From positions 1-58,810 of IMG/VR virus record IMGVR_UViG_3300021197_000369: a stretch of DNA of 58,810 nucleotides, one strand, 5' to 3'. Made by a program: the position numbers and the translations under genes. Below, piece by piece: positions 16,646-25,312 of this stretch (the stretch's first letter is position 1; each line of letters begins with the position of its first letter). Source of the stretch: a virus. Lineage: Duplodnaviria > Caudoviricetes. The notes beneath the pieces were generated by a model. The model saw only the letters and a list, made by a program, of their open reading frames with translations, ran no database searches and had not been told where the DNA came from.

Positions 16646-17557
16646 TTAGGCTCCGGGTGAACCGAAGATACAACGTGGGTCTGAGAAGCCGAAGCTATAA
16701 CGCTCACGAGCCTTATAACGCATGTTACCAGTGTCGAAATCTGGATCCATTGCAGTTGTAAGAGCAGCACGTTCAAAGTGCTTGAGTCCGTTAGGTGCAT
16801 CGGTCTTGATGAAGAATGCATCTGTGTCGGTCAAGTAGTCGTTGACTACATAACCTTCAGGTAACATGCCCATTGACTTGAGCGCATTCACATCGTTGTC
16901 GGCTGTACCTACCCGTAGGTTTGATACAAGCAAACGCTCTGCAATAAATTGCAGTTGACGTGGAATGATCAGCTTCACACCGCGAAGCGCGATGATAAGG
17001 CCACGCTCATCAACGAAACCAGCAATGCTGATCAAAGAGTCTTCCAAAGAAGTCTCGTTCAAGTCAGCAGCAGTGGATGGCTCGTTGTTGAATGTGCCAC
17101 CTGATGTCAGCGGGTGTGATGCATCACAAAGAGCAACACCGTCACCACCAGCGAATGCGCCAGCCGTGAATGCATTGTTCAGGATTGATGCAGCTTTAAC
17201 CTGCTTTGTGTGTGCCATAGAACGTGCGAGTGCACGAGTATAGCGAGATGCTAGACGATCATAAAGATTGTCTTCAACAGCTTCTTCAGTAATTGAAAAG
17301 GCCATAGCCACTGTCTCGTGGTTGTAACGAGCAGTGTATGCTTCCTGTGCATCGTCGAAAGATACACCTGAACCTTCACCTTTCACTGGAGCCGCGCCGA
17401 AGCCAGACAGCATTACCTCTTCTTCAAACGCCCGATCCGATGTCTCGGTGTCAAAGATCTCAGCATGCTGACCTTCGTAACGTCCATATTCCATACCAAA
17501 GAGAGCGTTTAGACCCGGCTCTAATTCTTTGGCGAGTTGTGCTCTAGAAATAGCCAT
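16646..17557 (-). CDS. Major capsid protein (Mu gpT-like family)
   Basis: MAISRAQLAKELEPGLNALFG...ITEEAVEDNLY...RYKARERYSFG.SDPR; 303 aa, follows the scaffold region. Confidence 0.9.
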   Translation of the reverse strand: MAISRAQLAKELEPGLNALFGMEYGRYEGQHAEIFDTETSDRAFEEEVMLSGFGAAPVKGEGSGVSFDDAQEAYTARYNHETVAMAFSITEEAVEDNLYDRLASRYTRALARSMAHTKQVKAASILNNAFTAGAFAGGDGVALCDASHPLTSGGTFNNEPSTAADLNETSLEDSLISIAGFVDERGLIIALRGVKLIIPRQLQFIAERLLVSNLRVGTADNDVNALKSMGMLPEGYVVNDYLTDTDAFFIKTDAPNGLKHFERAALTTAMDPDFDTGNMRYKARERYSFGFSDPRCIFGSPGA

Positions 17558-17570
17558 TATCTACACTCCC

Positions 17571-18188
17571 TTATGATATCGCAGCTTCAGAATCAGCCTG
17601 AAGCAGTGCGTGGTTATTAAGCATCACAATCACGGGAATACCAGCAGCAGCGTAATCTGCGTTTTCTACATCATCTTGAATGCCCACGATCTTCAAAGGA
17701 AGAGAGGCATTAGATGAATCTAGAGTCGCAACATCAAGTTGTGCATTAGAAATACCTGTGGTTGTGCTACCACCTGCGCCACTATTAAATTGAGAGTTCT
17801 CAAAAATAGCAGCCCGAGCAGTTGCTTCATTAGTTAACGTAGCGTCGCTACAAATAATGAACCGCTGCATTGGATTGTCATGGACGAACCCAATGATGTC
17901 AAAATCTGTATTAGCGCTACCCGAACCGGGCCAGAAGTTAGAAAACTTCTTCTTTCCGGTAGTGGCATCTACATATTCACAGCCAGCAAAAACACCAACG
18001 GGAGCTTCAGTATCTCCGGTAGCAGAACAAATAACGACGCTTCCACCGTTATCAGCCTTTACCATTGATCCCTGAAAAATCGCGCTTGCGCTGCTGCCAA
18101 TGAAGTATGCATTTGTACCTTGGGTAGACGGAGTGCTACCTGCGGTATTAATCGGCTTGAGGCCGAAGGCAACGTTTACGTTTGCCAT
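17571..18188 (-). CDS. Putative capsid cement/minor capsid protein
   Basis: MANVNVAFGLKP...GVFAGCEY; immediately upstream of the MCP. Confidence 0.6.
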   Translation of the reverse strand: MANVNVAFGLKPINTAGSTPSTQGTNAYFIGSSASAIFQGSMVKADNGGSVVICSATGDTEAPVGVFAGCEYVDATTGKKKFSNFWPGSGSANTDFDIIGFVHDNPMQRFIICSDATLTNEATARAAIFENSQFNSGAGGSTTTGISNAQLDVATLDSSNASLPLKIVGIQDDVENADYAAAGIPVIVMLNNHALLQADSEAAIS

Positions 18189-18214
18189 TGCTTACTCCTT
18201 AACAGTTATGGGGA

Positions 18215-18667
18215 CTACTCTTTGCCCCCGAATGATACACGACTTTGCCTATCATTATGTATAGGCATTGAGGGATGTTGTTCCCTCATCAGGTTATCGT
18301 CAACGGCCTTCATTTGATTGCGGGTCTGCTCCCGGTAATATTCAGTTCTCTCTTCAACCGTTTCTTCTGGAATCCGTGCAAGCATTAACCCGCCTACACC
18401 AATAACTCCACTGTATTTACCCTCATCGATAGTTGGAAATTGATCTTCCAGATCCGGGTATTCGTCAGCCCGTACTGGCTCCCAACCTTCCCGAAGTTTT
18501 GCTGCTACGTTTGTGCGATCATCTTCTCCACGAATTGATGTGCGGATCCAACGATGCTGGTAACCTGCTGGAGCTTCGGGCGCTGCCAACTTTGATGGTG
18601 GTGTCCACGGCTTGCGCCGTGTAGTTTTTGCGCGTGATTTTGATTCGCGTGTAGTCCTATCAGTCAT
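18215..18667 (-). CDS. Conserved head-module hypothetical protein
   Basis: HRWIR...KLREGWEPVR...GGLMLARIP. Confidence 0.75.
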   Translation of the reverse strand: MTDRTTRESKSRAKTTRRKPWTPPSKLAAPEAPAGYQHRWIRTSIRGEDDRTNVAAKLREGWEPVRADEYPDLEDQFPTIDEGKYSGVIGVGGLMLARIPEETVEERTEYYREQTRNQMKAVDDNLMREQHPSMPIHNDRQSRVSFGGKE

Positions 18668-18670
18668 AAT

Positions 18671-19573
18671 CTAGTCCTTTACATACTTTGCATATTCTTC
18701 AAGCGGAACATTCAGACGTTTCGCAATTGCAATTTGCGACGGAGTCAATTTGACTGTTCTGCGCTTCTTTGGTGATGACGACTTAGAAGCCGTGGACTCA
18801 GCAGAAGCGACTCTGGGTCCTGTATCACGAACCTGTTCCTTAAACTTGTGCGGAAACTCGGAACGTATTCTACGATCAAGCTCATTATAGTACTCATTGG
18901 ACGATGGGTCAAATCCTTCATCTTCAATTAATTGCCTATGTAAGCCAAAAGCAGCATATGTCATTGGTTGATCAGACCCAAACCACTCGTTTTTAGTTGC
19001 CCAAGCCTCTGCTTTGGGATCAGGAGCCGTCTGTTGCGGAGCTTGTTGTTGCGGCTGTGGAGCGGGTGCTGGTGCAGCTTCTTTTGTTTCTTGTCTAGAC
19101 TTTGACTCTTCTAGTTTTGCTTGATCAAGAGCTAGTCTGCTTAAATTCTTTTGTGCCTCAAACATGGCTTCGGCATCGCCGTCGTCATATGCTTTTTGAT
19201 ATGCCTGCTTGGCTGATTCAATCTGCGACTCAACACGACTACCAAACTCACCTTGATAAGACTTATCTAGGTTATCCAGCTTTGACTTTAGCTCTTCGTT
19301 CTGTTTCTTAACGGCTTCTGCATACTCTACCGCTGCCTGACGCTGCCGCTCTTCTTCACGATACTTACCTGTAAGATTTCTGATACGACGTTGTACTGAC
19401 TCAGAATATTGAGCTAACTCATCTTCATTATCATTTTTAGGTGCTTCAGCTTCTGCCTCTTCTTGTGGCTCGGCTTCCGCCTTTTGCTCGTCTGCTTCGG
19501 GTTCAGCTTCCGCCTCAACCACCTCTACTTCTTGTAATTCTAGTTCTTCTTGCTTCTCTGCTACATCAGGCAT
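18671..19573 (-). CDS. Putative scaffolding protein
   Basis: Acidic coiled coil; C-term VKLTPSQIAIAKRLNVPLEEYAKY; upstream of the capsid genes. Confidence 0.7.
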   Translation of the reverse strand: MPDVAEKQEELELQEVEVVEAEAEPEADEQKAEAEPQEEAEAEAPKNDNEDELAQYSESVQRRIRNLTGKYREEERQRQAAVEYAEAVKKQNEELKSKLDNLDKSYQGEFGSRVESQIESAKQAYQKAYDDGDAEAMFEAQKNLSRLALDQAKLEESKSRQETKEAAPAPAPQPQQQAPQQTAPDPKAEAWATKNEWFGSDQPMTYAAFGLHRQLIEDEGFDPSSNEYYNELDRRIRSEFPHKFKEQVRDTGPRVASAESTASKSSSPKKRRTVKLTPSQIAIAKRLNVPLEEYAKYVKD

Positions 19574-19574
19574 A

Positions 19575-20009
19575 CTATACTCCGTATGTCTTTATATCAT
19601 CGGGATCGATGATGGTTGCAATGACTTCGTCATCGTTGATAATACGAACCTCGCCGCCTTCGATATTAAAGCGAGATCCGGCATAGCGTCCTATACACAC
19701 CCAATCACCTTCCTTGCACCACGGCTCACAATTGTCGCCGAACTTGTTAGGATCTTGATAGGCTAACGGACCAACCTTTACGACATAAGCTACAGTTGTC
19801 GCACGGGCTTCTTTCTCACGAGCAGCATCCGGTATATACACGCCGCCGTCTGTTTTTTCTTTGCCTATATAGGGCATAACAAGGATACGCCAACCTGTTG
19901 GCTGCGGTACTCGTTCTTTTATTGATTTTGATTTTGCAACTTCTTCGGCTTGTTTTTTTGCACGTTGCTGCTCAAGGATGTAGTCAGGTACTATCAAAGT
20001 CTTTGTCAT
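19575..20009 (-). CDS. groES: Co-chaperonin GroES
   Basis: PTGWRILV...KTDGGVYIP...VVKVGP...EGDWV..GRYAG...IINDDEVIA; probable start MTKTL. Confidence 0.9.
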   Translation of the reverse strand: MTKTLIVPDYILEQQRAKKQAEEVAKSKSIKERVPQPTGWRILVMPYIGKEKTDGGVYIPDAAREKEARATTVAYVVKVGPLAYQDPNKFGDNCEPWCKEGDWVCIGRYAGSRFNIEGGEVRIINDDEVIATIIDPDDIKTYGV

Positions 20010-20193
20010 AGTCAACCTTTTGTAGCAGGGATCTAAGTTCATCAAGAGCAAAGGCAACACCCTGTATTTCGCCAACTCTTGCTTTGTAGTCTTCATAACT
20101 AGAAGCACTGCCGCTAGTCACCGATACACTAAGCTCTTCTATTCTAGTATTCAAGAGCTTTTGGTACTTTTTCAAAAAATCAAGTACGTCCAT
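19984..20193 (-). CDS. Small helical hypothetical protein
   Basis: SYEDYKARVGEIQG pattern; upstream of groES. Confidence 0.7.
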   Translation of the reverse strand: MDVLDFLKKYQKLLNTRIEELSVSVTSGSASSYEDYKARVGEIQGVAFALDELRSLLQKVDYDKDFDST

Positions 20194-20195
20194 TA

Positions 20196-21275
20196 TTACA
20201 ATCCAAACGAGTTTATTGTTCCGTCAGCGTTCCTCGTTGTTGTTCTACCGTCTGGTAAAGTCAACCTACTCATGCCATCTGCTAACGGGTCTACTTTAAC
20301 ACCGGGGACTGGATTGTCTGGGGTAGGATCATCGAAAAACCCTTGCAAACCCTTACTTGGTTTCACGTTTAAGTTTACATCTGGTTTTAATACACCAGTG
20401 CTGAACTGTGATTTAGCGTCTTCAAACCCCTGTACAGGACTTTGCTGGGTAACAGACTGTGCTGGAGAAGCTGCTGTATCGGGGCTAAGTGCTGATCTAA
20501 GTCTATCTGCTAAACTTTCTATACCCGTCTTTGTAGCGGATGTAGCTCTAGAAACCTCTCCGGTGCCTATACCAAGAACAGCGCGTAAGGCAGTAGAGTA
20601 TGGGCTTTCATCTACATTCTGGAAACCCGGTGTAAAAGGTGTCCCTGCAATACCGTATTCTCTTGGTGCTAGAAGACCCACACCCGGAAGACCAAGGCTA
20701 GCCACACCAAGAGCACCAGCGCCTGCCAACCCTAGTTGTTCAAAATTTGATTGTACCGGGCCATAGTAAGTTTCCGGCGTTGAAAATAATGTTTGTAAGC
20801 CCTTCCTTAATTCACCCGGTTGAGCGGTTGCAAACTGATTGTTGTAGCCCGGAAGATTAGGGTCATTGGTTGGATTAATAAATTTTGAGTAATTATTATA
20901 CGCAACCGCAGCGTTGTTTATATTTTTGTATTTAAGATTTTTAGGGTCTAGCCCCAAAAACTTGCTAAAGGCACCCTGTTTGCCGAATCCATTATCTGCT
21001 GTAATACCTTGATTTTCGGCGAACTGTTTAAAAGACGGAGCACCCGCTATAGTAGAGCCGTACTTAGTGCCATACATAGCGCTAGCCAAACCGGGGCTAA
21101 ACTTATTAGCATTCATCGCAGCTTGCGCTGCCGACTCTCTGTTTCTCTCCGCCTCGTTCCTAGCAAGTTCTTTTGTAGCGTCAGATCCACTGTTTGGCCC
21201 AACTTTACTGGGACCCGACGGACCGAAGTCACCTTTTTGCTTATCAGAATCTGGTCCTGAACCGGCATCAGCCAT
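20196..21275 (-). CDS. Hypothetical protein (possible internal virion protein)
   Basis: 359-aa G/A/P-rich ORF, coupled within the late operon. Confidence 0.6.
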   Translation of the reverse strand: MADAGSGPDSDKQKGDFGPSGPSKVGPNSGSDATKELARNEAERNRESAAQAAMNANKFSPGLASAMYGTKYGSTIAGAPSFKQFAENQGITADNGFGKQGAFSKFLGLDPKNLKYKNINNAAVAYNNYSKFINPTNDPNLPGYNNQFATAQPGELRKGLQTLFSTPETYYGPVQSNFEQLGLAGAGALGVASLGLPGVGLLAPREYGIAGTPFTPGFQNVDESPYSTALRAVLGIGTGEVSRATSATKTGIESLADRLRSALSPDTAASPAQSVTQQSPVQGFEDAKSQFSTGVLKPDVNLNVKPSKGLQGFFDDPTPDNPVPGVKVDPLADGMSRLTLPDGRTTTRNADGTINSFGL

Positions 21276-21679
21276 TATCTAACTCCAACGAACTTCGTAC
21301 CTTGGATAGCTATGCCGCCACCGCGTGATCTTTCCTCGACACCGTCAAACTCAAGATCAGCTTGCTCCATAGCATCGTAAAGTGTGCCGGGGTTTTTGGT
21401 CACATCGCTCTGCATCTTGTCCAACATTTTTTTCTTGGACTTAGGCAGCTTCATCTTTTTCTTCTTGTCTTCAGACATGGTTCCAATCCTTGTGTCTTCG
21501 GTGAATATACGCTCTGCATCCTCATAGCGCTGCATCTTCCGACGTAGCTCTGGAGAATAACTGTCTAATACTTCGGACCCGCCGTCTTTACGAGCACGGG
21601 CCTTCTTCATCAGCTTGTTTGCTTTTGGCCTGCTAATTTTTAAATCGTTAGCGAACTGACTTACTCTTGGCCTTACCAT
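21275..21679 (-). CDS. Basic hypothetical protein
   Basis: AGGAG RBS; ends RSRGGGIAIQGTKFVGVR. Confidence 0.7.
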   Translation of the reverse strand: MVRPRVSQFANDLKISRPKANKLMKKARARKDGGSEVLDSYSPELRRKMQRYEDAERIFTEDTRIGTMSEDKKKKMKLPKSKKKMLDKMQSDVTKNPGTLYDAMEQADLEFDGVEERSRGGGIAIQGTKFVGVR

Positions 21680-21827
21680 AACACGCTCCTGACCTAATTA
21701 TCTCTTCTATTGTTCTGTCACAGCCAATACATCTTATATGATCTTCGTCAAGTACACAAATACCAACACAGGGACTACTCTGTTTTGTGGTCTCTGTGTT
21801 CGTGTCCCATCCAGATTCCGAAGACAC
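21648..21827 (-). CDS. DUF1289-like Cys protein (59 aa)
   Basis: Hand-translated frame contains SPCVGICVLDEDHIRCIGCDRTIEEI; the GTG start after GGGAG is tentative. Confidence 0.65.
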   Translation of the reverse strand: MSSESGWDTNTETTKQSSPCVGICVLDEDHIRCIGCDRTIEEIIRSGACYGKAKSKSVR

Positions 21828-21990
21828 CAGTCATTACTCCCATAACCACACTTACAAAAGCAGACTGTGCCGCCGTCGGATCTTCCAAAGCCATAAACCA
21901 TTCAGCACAGCGCCACGACATTGCAGTACTAACCAACATCATAAATCTAGGTAAAACTTTCCAACGTAGAAACTGTTCTACCGTAATCAC
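21775..21990 (-). CDS. Small two-TM membrane protein (lysis-associated?)
   Basis: Two hydrophobic segments; coupled to the holin gene. Confidence 0.65.
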   Translation of the reverse strand: MITVEQFLRWKVLPRFMMLVSTAMSWRCAEWFMALEDPTAAQSAFVSVVMGVMTGVFGIWMGHEHRDHKTE

Positions 21991-22382
21991 TTTGTTAAAC
22001 CTTTGACCTTTTCTACAGTCCTAAGACCGCCAAGTCCGAGCATACCAAGAAGCACAGTCATTAAGCTATCCATGTCAAAAGTCGGTAGCTCCGGTGCTTC
22101 CATACCAGCGTATGCAAAACCGAACATAGTCACAGGCGCAAGAACGAAGTGCCATATCATGGCCGTCGCTAGGCCCCAGCCCAGAAAGGGTCTCCAACCC
22201 GCCACAAATATACTTCTGTGCTGGGCCTCTGCCTTATTTATTTCTATTTGACCCATGTTGGCTTCATGCATTTGCTTTTCAGCCATTGTAGCAATTTCGT
22301 GAGCCAGCTTGTTCTTTTGGTCTTTGTCTTCGATAAACTTATCTAGCAGCCCTGTGACCGGACCAATCAACGCTTGAATCAT
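21987..22382 (-). CDS. Holin (GTA-type 3TM family)
   Basis: IEINKAEAQH.S.FVAGWRPF.GW...LLGMLGLGGLRT.EK. Confidence 0.85.
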   Translation of the reverse strand: MIQALIGPVTGLLDKFIEDKDQKNKLAHEIATMAEKQMHEANMGQIEINKAEAQHRSIFVAGWRPFLGWGLATAMIWHFVLAPVTMFGFAYAGMEAPELPTFDMDSLMTVLLGMLGLGGLRTVEKVKGLTK

Positions 22383-22582
22383 AGTCTTGACCCTTTCAAC
22401 GGTATACACCTGTACGATCTTGGCATAACCTTGCCCTTGTTATATTGAGCAATATCATTACCCATGTCATAAGCGCGGCTAGCACATCTTTCCTGCGTTT
22501 CATAAGGTCCTCTTGTGTCGTGGTACTGATAACAGTTTTCGGGCATCGCCACACTGCAAGCAATGACTAGAACCTTAAACAT
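22379..22582 (-). CDS. Small 4-Cys protein (DTRGPYE paralogue A)
   Basis: MFKVLVIAC...C...DTRGPYE...C..R...M...RC. Confidence 0.65.
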   Translation of the reverse strand: MFKVLVIACSVAMPENCYQYHDTRGPYETQERCASRAYDMGNDIAQYNKGKVMPRSYRCIPLKGSRL

Positions 22583-22677
22583 TACATACACAAATCTTCG
22601 TATTTAGTTGTATGCTGCCGATGCTCGGACACATCGCCAAATCTACATAACCATAAATTCTTCAACCATCTAATCAC
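22582..22677 (-). CDS. Small hypothetical peptide (31 aa)
   Basis: GTGA overlap with the portal stop and TAATG overlap downstream: MIRWLKNLWLCRFGDVSEHRQHTTKYEDLCM. Confidence 0.55.
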   Translation of the reverse strand: MIRWLKNLWLCRFGDVSEHRQHTTKYEDLCM

Positions 22678-25079
22678 TGTCTGCGGTTCCTTGATAAGTC
22701 AGCCTGCGTGTTAATACGGTATACGTTGACATCGTTTCTTTGATCAGCAATGTCACGCTGCACAGACATACGTTGATTTGCTAGCTGCATAGCCTGCGTA
22801 ATCTTTGCCTGATCTATTTGATAGTCCATCGCATCGTTCTGCATCTTGCGCTGTATTTCCATCTGGTCGTTTGTTAATTCTTGCTGACGGATGGCTACCA
22901 GTGGATCTCCCTGCTGTGCAGGCATCAACATAGGTGCAAGCTGCTCTAATGTCTCCGCAATCTGTTGTGCAACCATAGCTTCAACAGCCTCTGGTGCAAT
23001 CTGCGGAATTGGTTCGCCTGCGATCTGTGCCTGCTCCACACCTTTTTTAAACACTTCCTGCACAATATCACGCGCAAACATGGAGACGTGATCTTGCACG
23101 TGTGATTGCAACGCCAAGAAAGCCTGCGGGTTTGCTGCCAGTGCAGGTGACTGCAACAGCGCCGCGTGTACACGAATATGTGCGCGGTGATCCTGCTGCG
23201 GGAATGCCTGCGGCGGCTTACCTTTCATAGCCTCAGAGTTTTCTGTTGCTGGATCTTTAGGTGCGGGTGGTTGTGGTGGTGGTAAAATGCTATCAATGTT
23301 CTTTACATCCAACGCATCATACATCCGACGATAGGCTTCATACAGATTATGCATCTGCGGTGCTGCCTGTGCCAGTTGCAGTTGTGTCTGAGCAAGTGAC
23401 AGACGCTGCGCCATAGAAAAGATCGACGGATCAGAGACTGGCAATATGTCCACACGCCCGTCAAAGTCCTGTGCCATAATCTGCGGATTCACGTTGCCCC
23501 CAACAGGATAGGGATACGGCATAGGGTTGTTAGCAAAAATCTGCGATAGCATCCTGAACTCTGACTTTTGTGCATAGTGCAGACGCTTGTGGATACTTGA
23601 TATTACTTTTGATCCCTGTTCGATGAGAGCCACTGTAGTTCCCACGGGAGCATTGGAGTTGACATCTGCGACCTTTGTGTCTGCAACTTGTGCAAATCGT
23701 CTGCCCGAATCAACAACCACCCCGAGTAGTTGAGCCAACGTACCAGAAGGCTCCTTGTATGGGAGTGGCATAAGAGCATTGCGAATATCACCGCCGGGAA
23801 CATCAAGATCGCGGAACTCACCCGGATTAACAGGGTCATCGCTGTTTCTGATACGGACGCCACGCGCTTTGAAGCCACCCGGTAAATTCGACAAAGTGCC
23901 TGCATCGATAAGCTGGCGTAGTATTGAAGTCGCTGCACGGCTCAAGCCCCCTATCATGTGCAACAGGCCAAAGCCATAAAAGCCCAGACCCGGCAAAAAC
24001 TTGTAGTGTACAAAGTAATCGCGCTTGCGGCGCATCGGATCGTCTTCACGATAGTTGCGTACTACCGAGAGAATTTTTCCCGAATCCGCATCCATAGTGA
24101 CGATGTACGGAAGTTTGATACCTGTTGGCTCACCTGTCTGACCCATGTCTTCAAACCCGTCAAGGTCAAGATCAACATGGACTTCATATAGTGTAACCAA
24201 TTCATCAGAGTATCCCGGGCGCAAACCCTGAATTTCGTCAGCCTTACCACGAACAGTTGTGTCGCTTTCGTCAGCTTCGCTTGGAGACAACTCAACATCT
24301 CTATATATCCCCGCAACTTGTAGCTTCCGTACATCGTTCTCTGTCATACGGAAGACGTGTGTGTAACGCTCCGCAGTGCGTAAATCAGAGGCAGCGTACG
24401 GAACAACTAAATCTTCAGCAGGTACAAACTTTGACACCGCACGTTGTTTAGTCTCATCAAAGTATACCTTCTTGAAGGTCGAACCAGTAATCGGTAAGTA
24501 AAACAGCATCTGATCTGTATCCTGATCAAACTCTTCCATTACCTCTGTGATCTGATAATTCATGTAGTCTTTGACACGCTGTGCCTGATCTTCCAACTCG
24601 CGTGTCTGTGCCCCTAGTATCTGTGTCTTCACAGGACCACCCGGTGGCAGCATCTCACGATACGCCTGCGCCTGAAACTGCGTTACAGCTTCCGCCAACA
24701 ACGGATGAGTCACACCACTGGCACCCATAAACGGCTCGTTTCGCTCTTCATAATTAATGCCGAGCAGACCCAGTCCCTTCGCAATAGCTGATTCCCAATC
24801 TTCACGCGACGACTTGTCTTCGTCAATCTTTGAACTAAGGTCCGAGGACAGAGCACCAAGGTCCGAATCGTCCAAGATCTCAGCTAAGTTAGCATTGTGA
24901 TCATAGACTTCCGTCTCTATCTCCGTAGACATTTCTTCATCGCCAATTAACTCAATACCGGGCGGAAGATCTGGTAAGTCCGTATTCGGTACTTGAACCT
25001 CGGTCATGGCTTGTTCATCAGTCATGCCGGGACCGCCGGGTCCCATAGCCATGTCAACCATTTGTGGTGGTAATGCCAT
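22674..25079 (-). CDS. Portal protein
   Basis: 801 aa; HPLLAEAVTQFQAQAY.E, GSTFKKVY, GFYGFGL.H..GGL, QLIDAGTLSNLP; coiled-coil C-term as in podovirus portals. Confidence 0.9.
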   Translation of the reverse strand: MALPPQMVDMAMGPGGPGMTDEQAMTEVQVPNTDLPDLPPGIELIGDEEMSTEIETEVYDHNANLAEILDDSDLGALSSDLSSKIDEDKSSREDWESAIAKGLGLLGINYEERNEPFMGASGVTHPLLAEAVTQFQAQAYREMLPPGGPVKTQILGAQTRELEDQAQRVKDYMNYQITEVMEEFDQDTDQMLFYLPITGSTFKKVYFDETKQRAVSKFVPAEDLVVPYAASDLRTAERYTHVFRMTENDVRKLQVAGIYRDVELSPSEADESDTTVRGKADEIQGLRPGYSDELVTLYEVHVDLDLDGFEDMGQTGEPTGIKLPYIVTMDADSGKILSVVRNYREDDPMRRKRDYFVHYKFLPGLGFYGFGLLHMIGGLSRAATSILRQLIDAGTLSNLPGGFKARGVRIRNSDDPVNPGEFRDLDVPGGDIRNALMPLPYKEPSGTLAQLLGVVVDSGRRFAQVADTKVADVNSNAPVGTTVALIEQGSKVISSIHKRLHYAQKSEFRMLSQIFANNPMPYPYPVGGNVNPQIMAQDFDGRVDILPVSDPSIFSMAQRLSLAQTQLQLAQAAPQMHNLYEAYRRMYDALDVKNIDSILPPPQPPAPKDPATENSEAMKGKPPQAFPQQDHRAHIRVHAALLQSPALAANPQAFLALQSHVQDHVSMFARDIVQEVFKKGVEQAQIAGEPIPQIAPEAVEAMVAQQIAETLEQLAPMLMPAQQGDPLVAIRQQELTNDQMEIQRKMQNDAMDYQIDQAKITQAMQLANQRMSVQRDIADQRNDVNVYRINTQADLSRNRRQ

Positions 25080-25312
25080 TAAAATGTTCCCTTAAATCTT
25101 TGTGGACGGGCAATGGGGCTGAAGCCCTTAATCATACCACCATTGCGTTTGTTAAAACCAATTTGGTCAGCCAGACTCATGCCTTTTTTTTCATAGTCTT
25201 CAGCGGGTCCTATAATTGTGCCGCCTACATACTGGCCCTCTTTGTTTCTCTTCGCACCAACAACAGCCATCTTTTTACCGTTGATCGTGCGGTATGTTAC
25301 TTTACTAGACAT
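25079..25312 (-). CDS. Small basic protein
   Basis: Ends KRNGGMIKGFSPIARPQRFKGTF; coupled at both ends. Confidence 0.7.
   Translation of the reverse strand: MSSKVTYRTINGKKMAVVGAKRNKEGQYVGGTIIGPAEDYEKKGMSLADQIGFNKRNGGMIKGFSPIARPQRFKGTF

Noticed and set aside
20161-20766. Long antisense ORFs here and elsewhere (e.g. 41121-41843, 51306-51842)
   Set aside because: Shadows of well-supported genes on the opposite strand, with no RBS or motifs.
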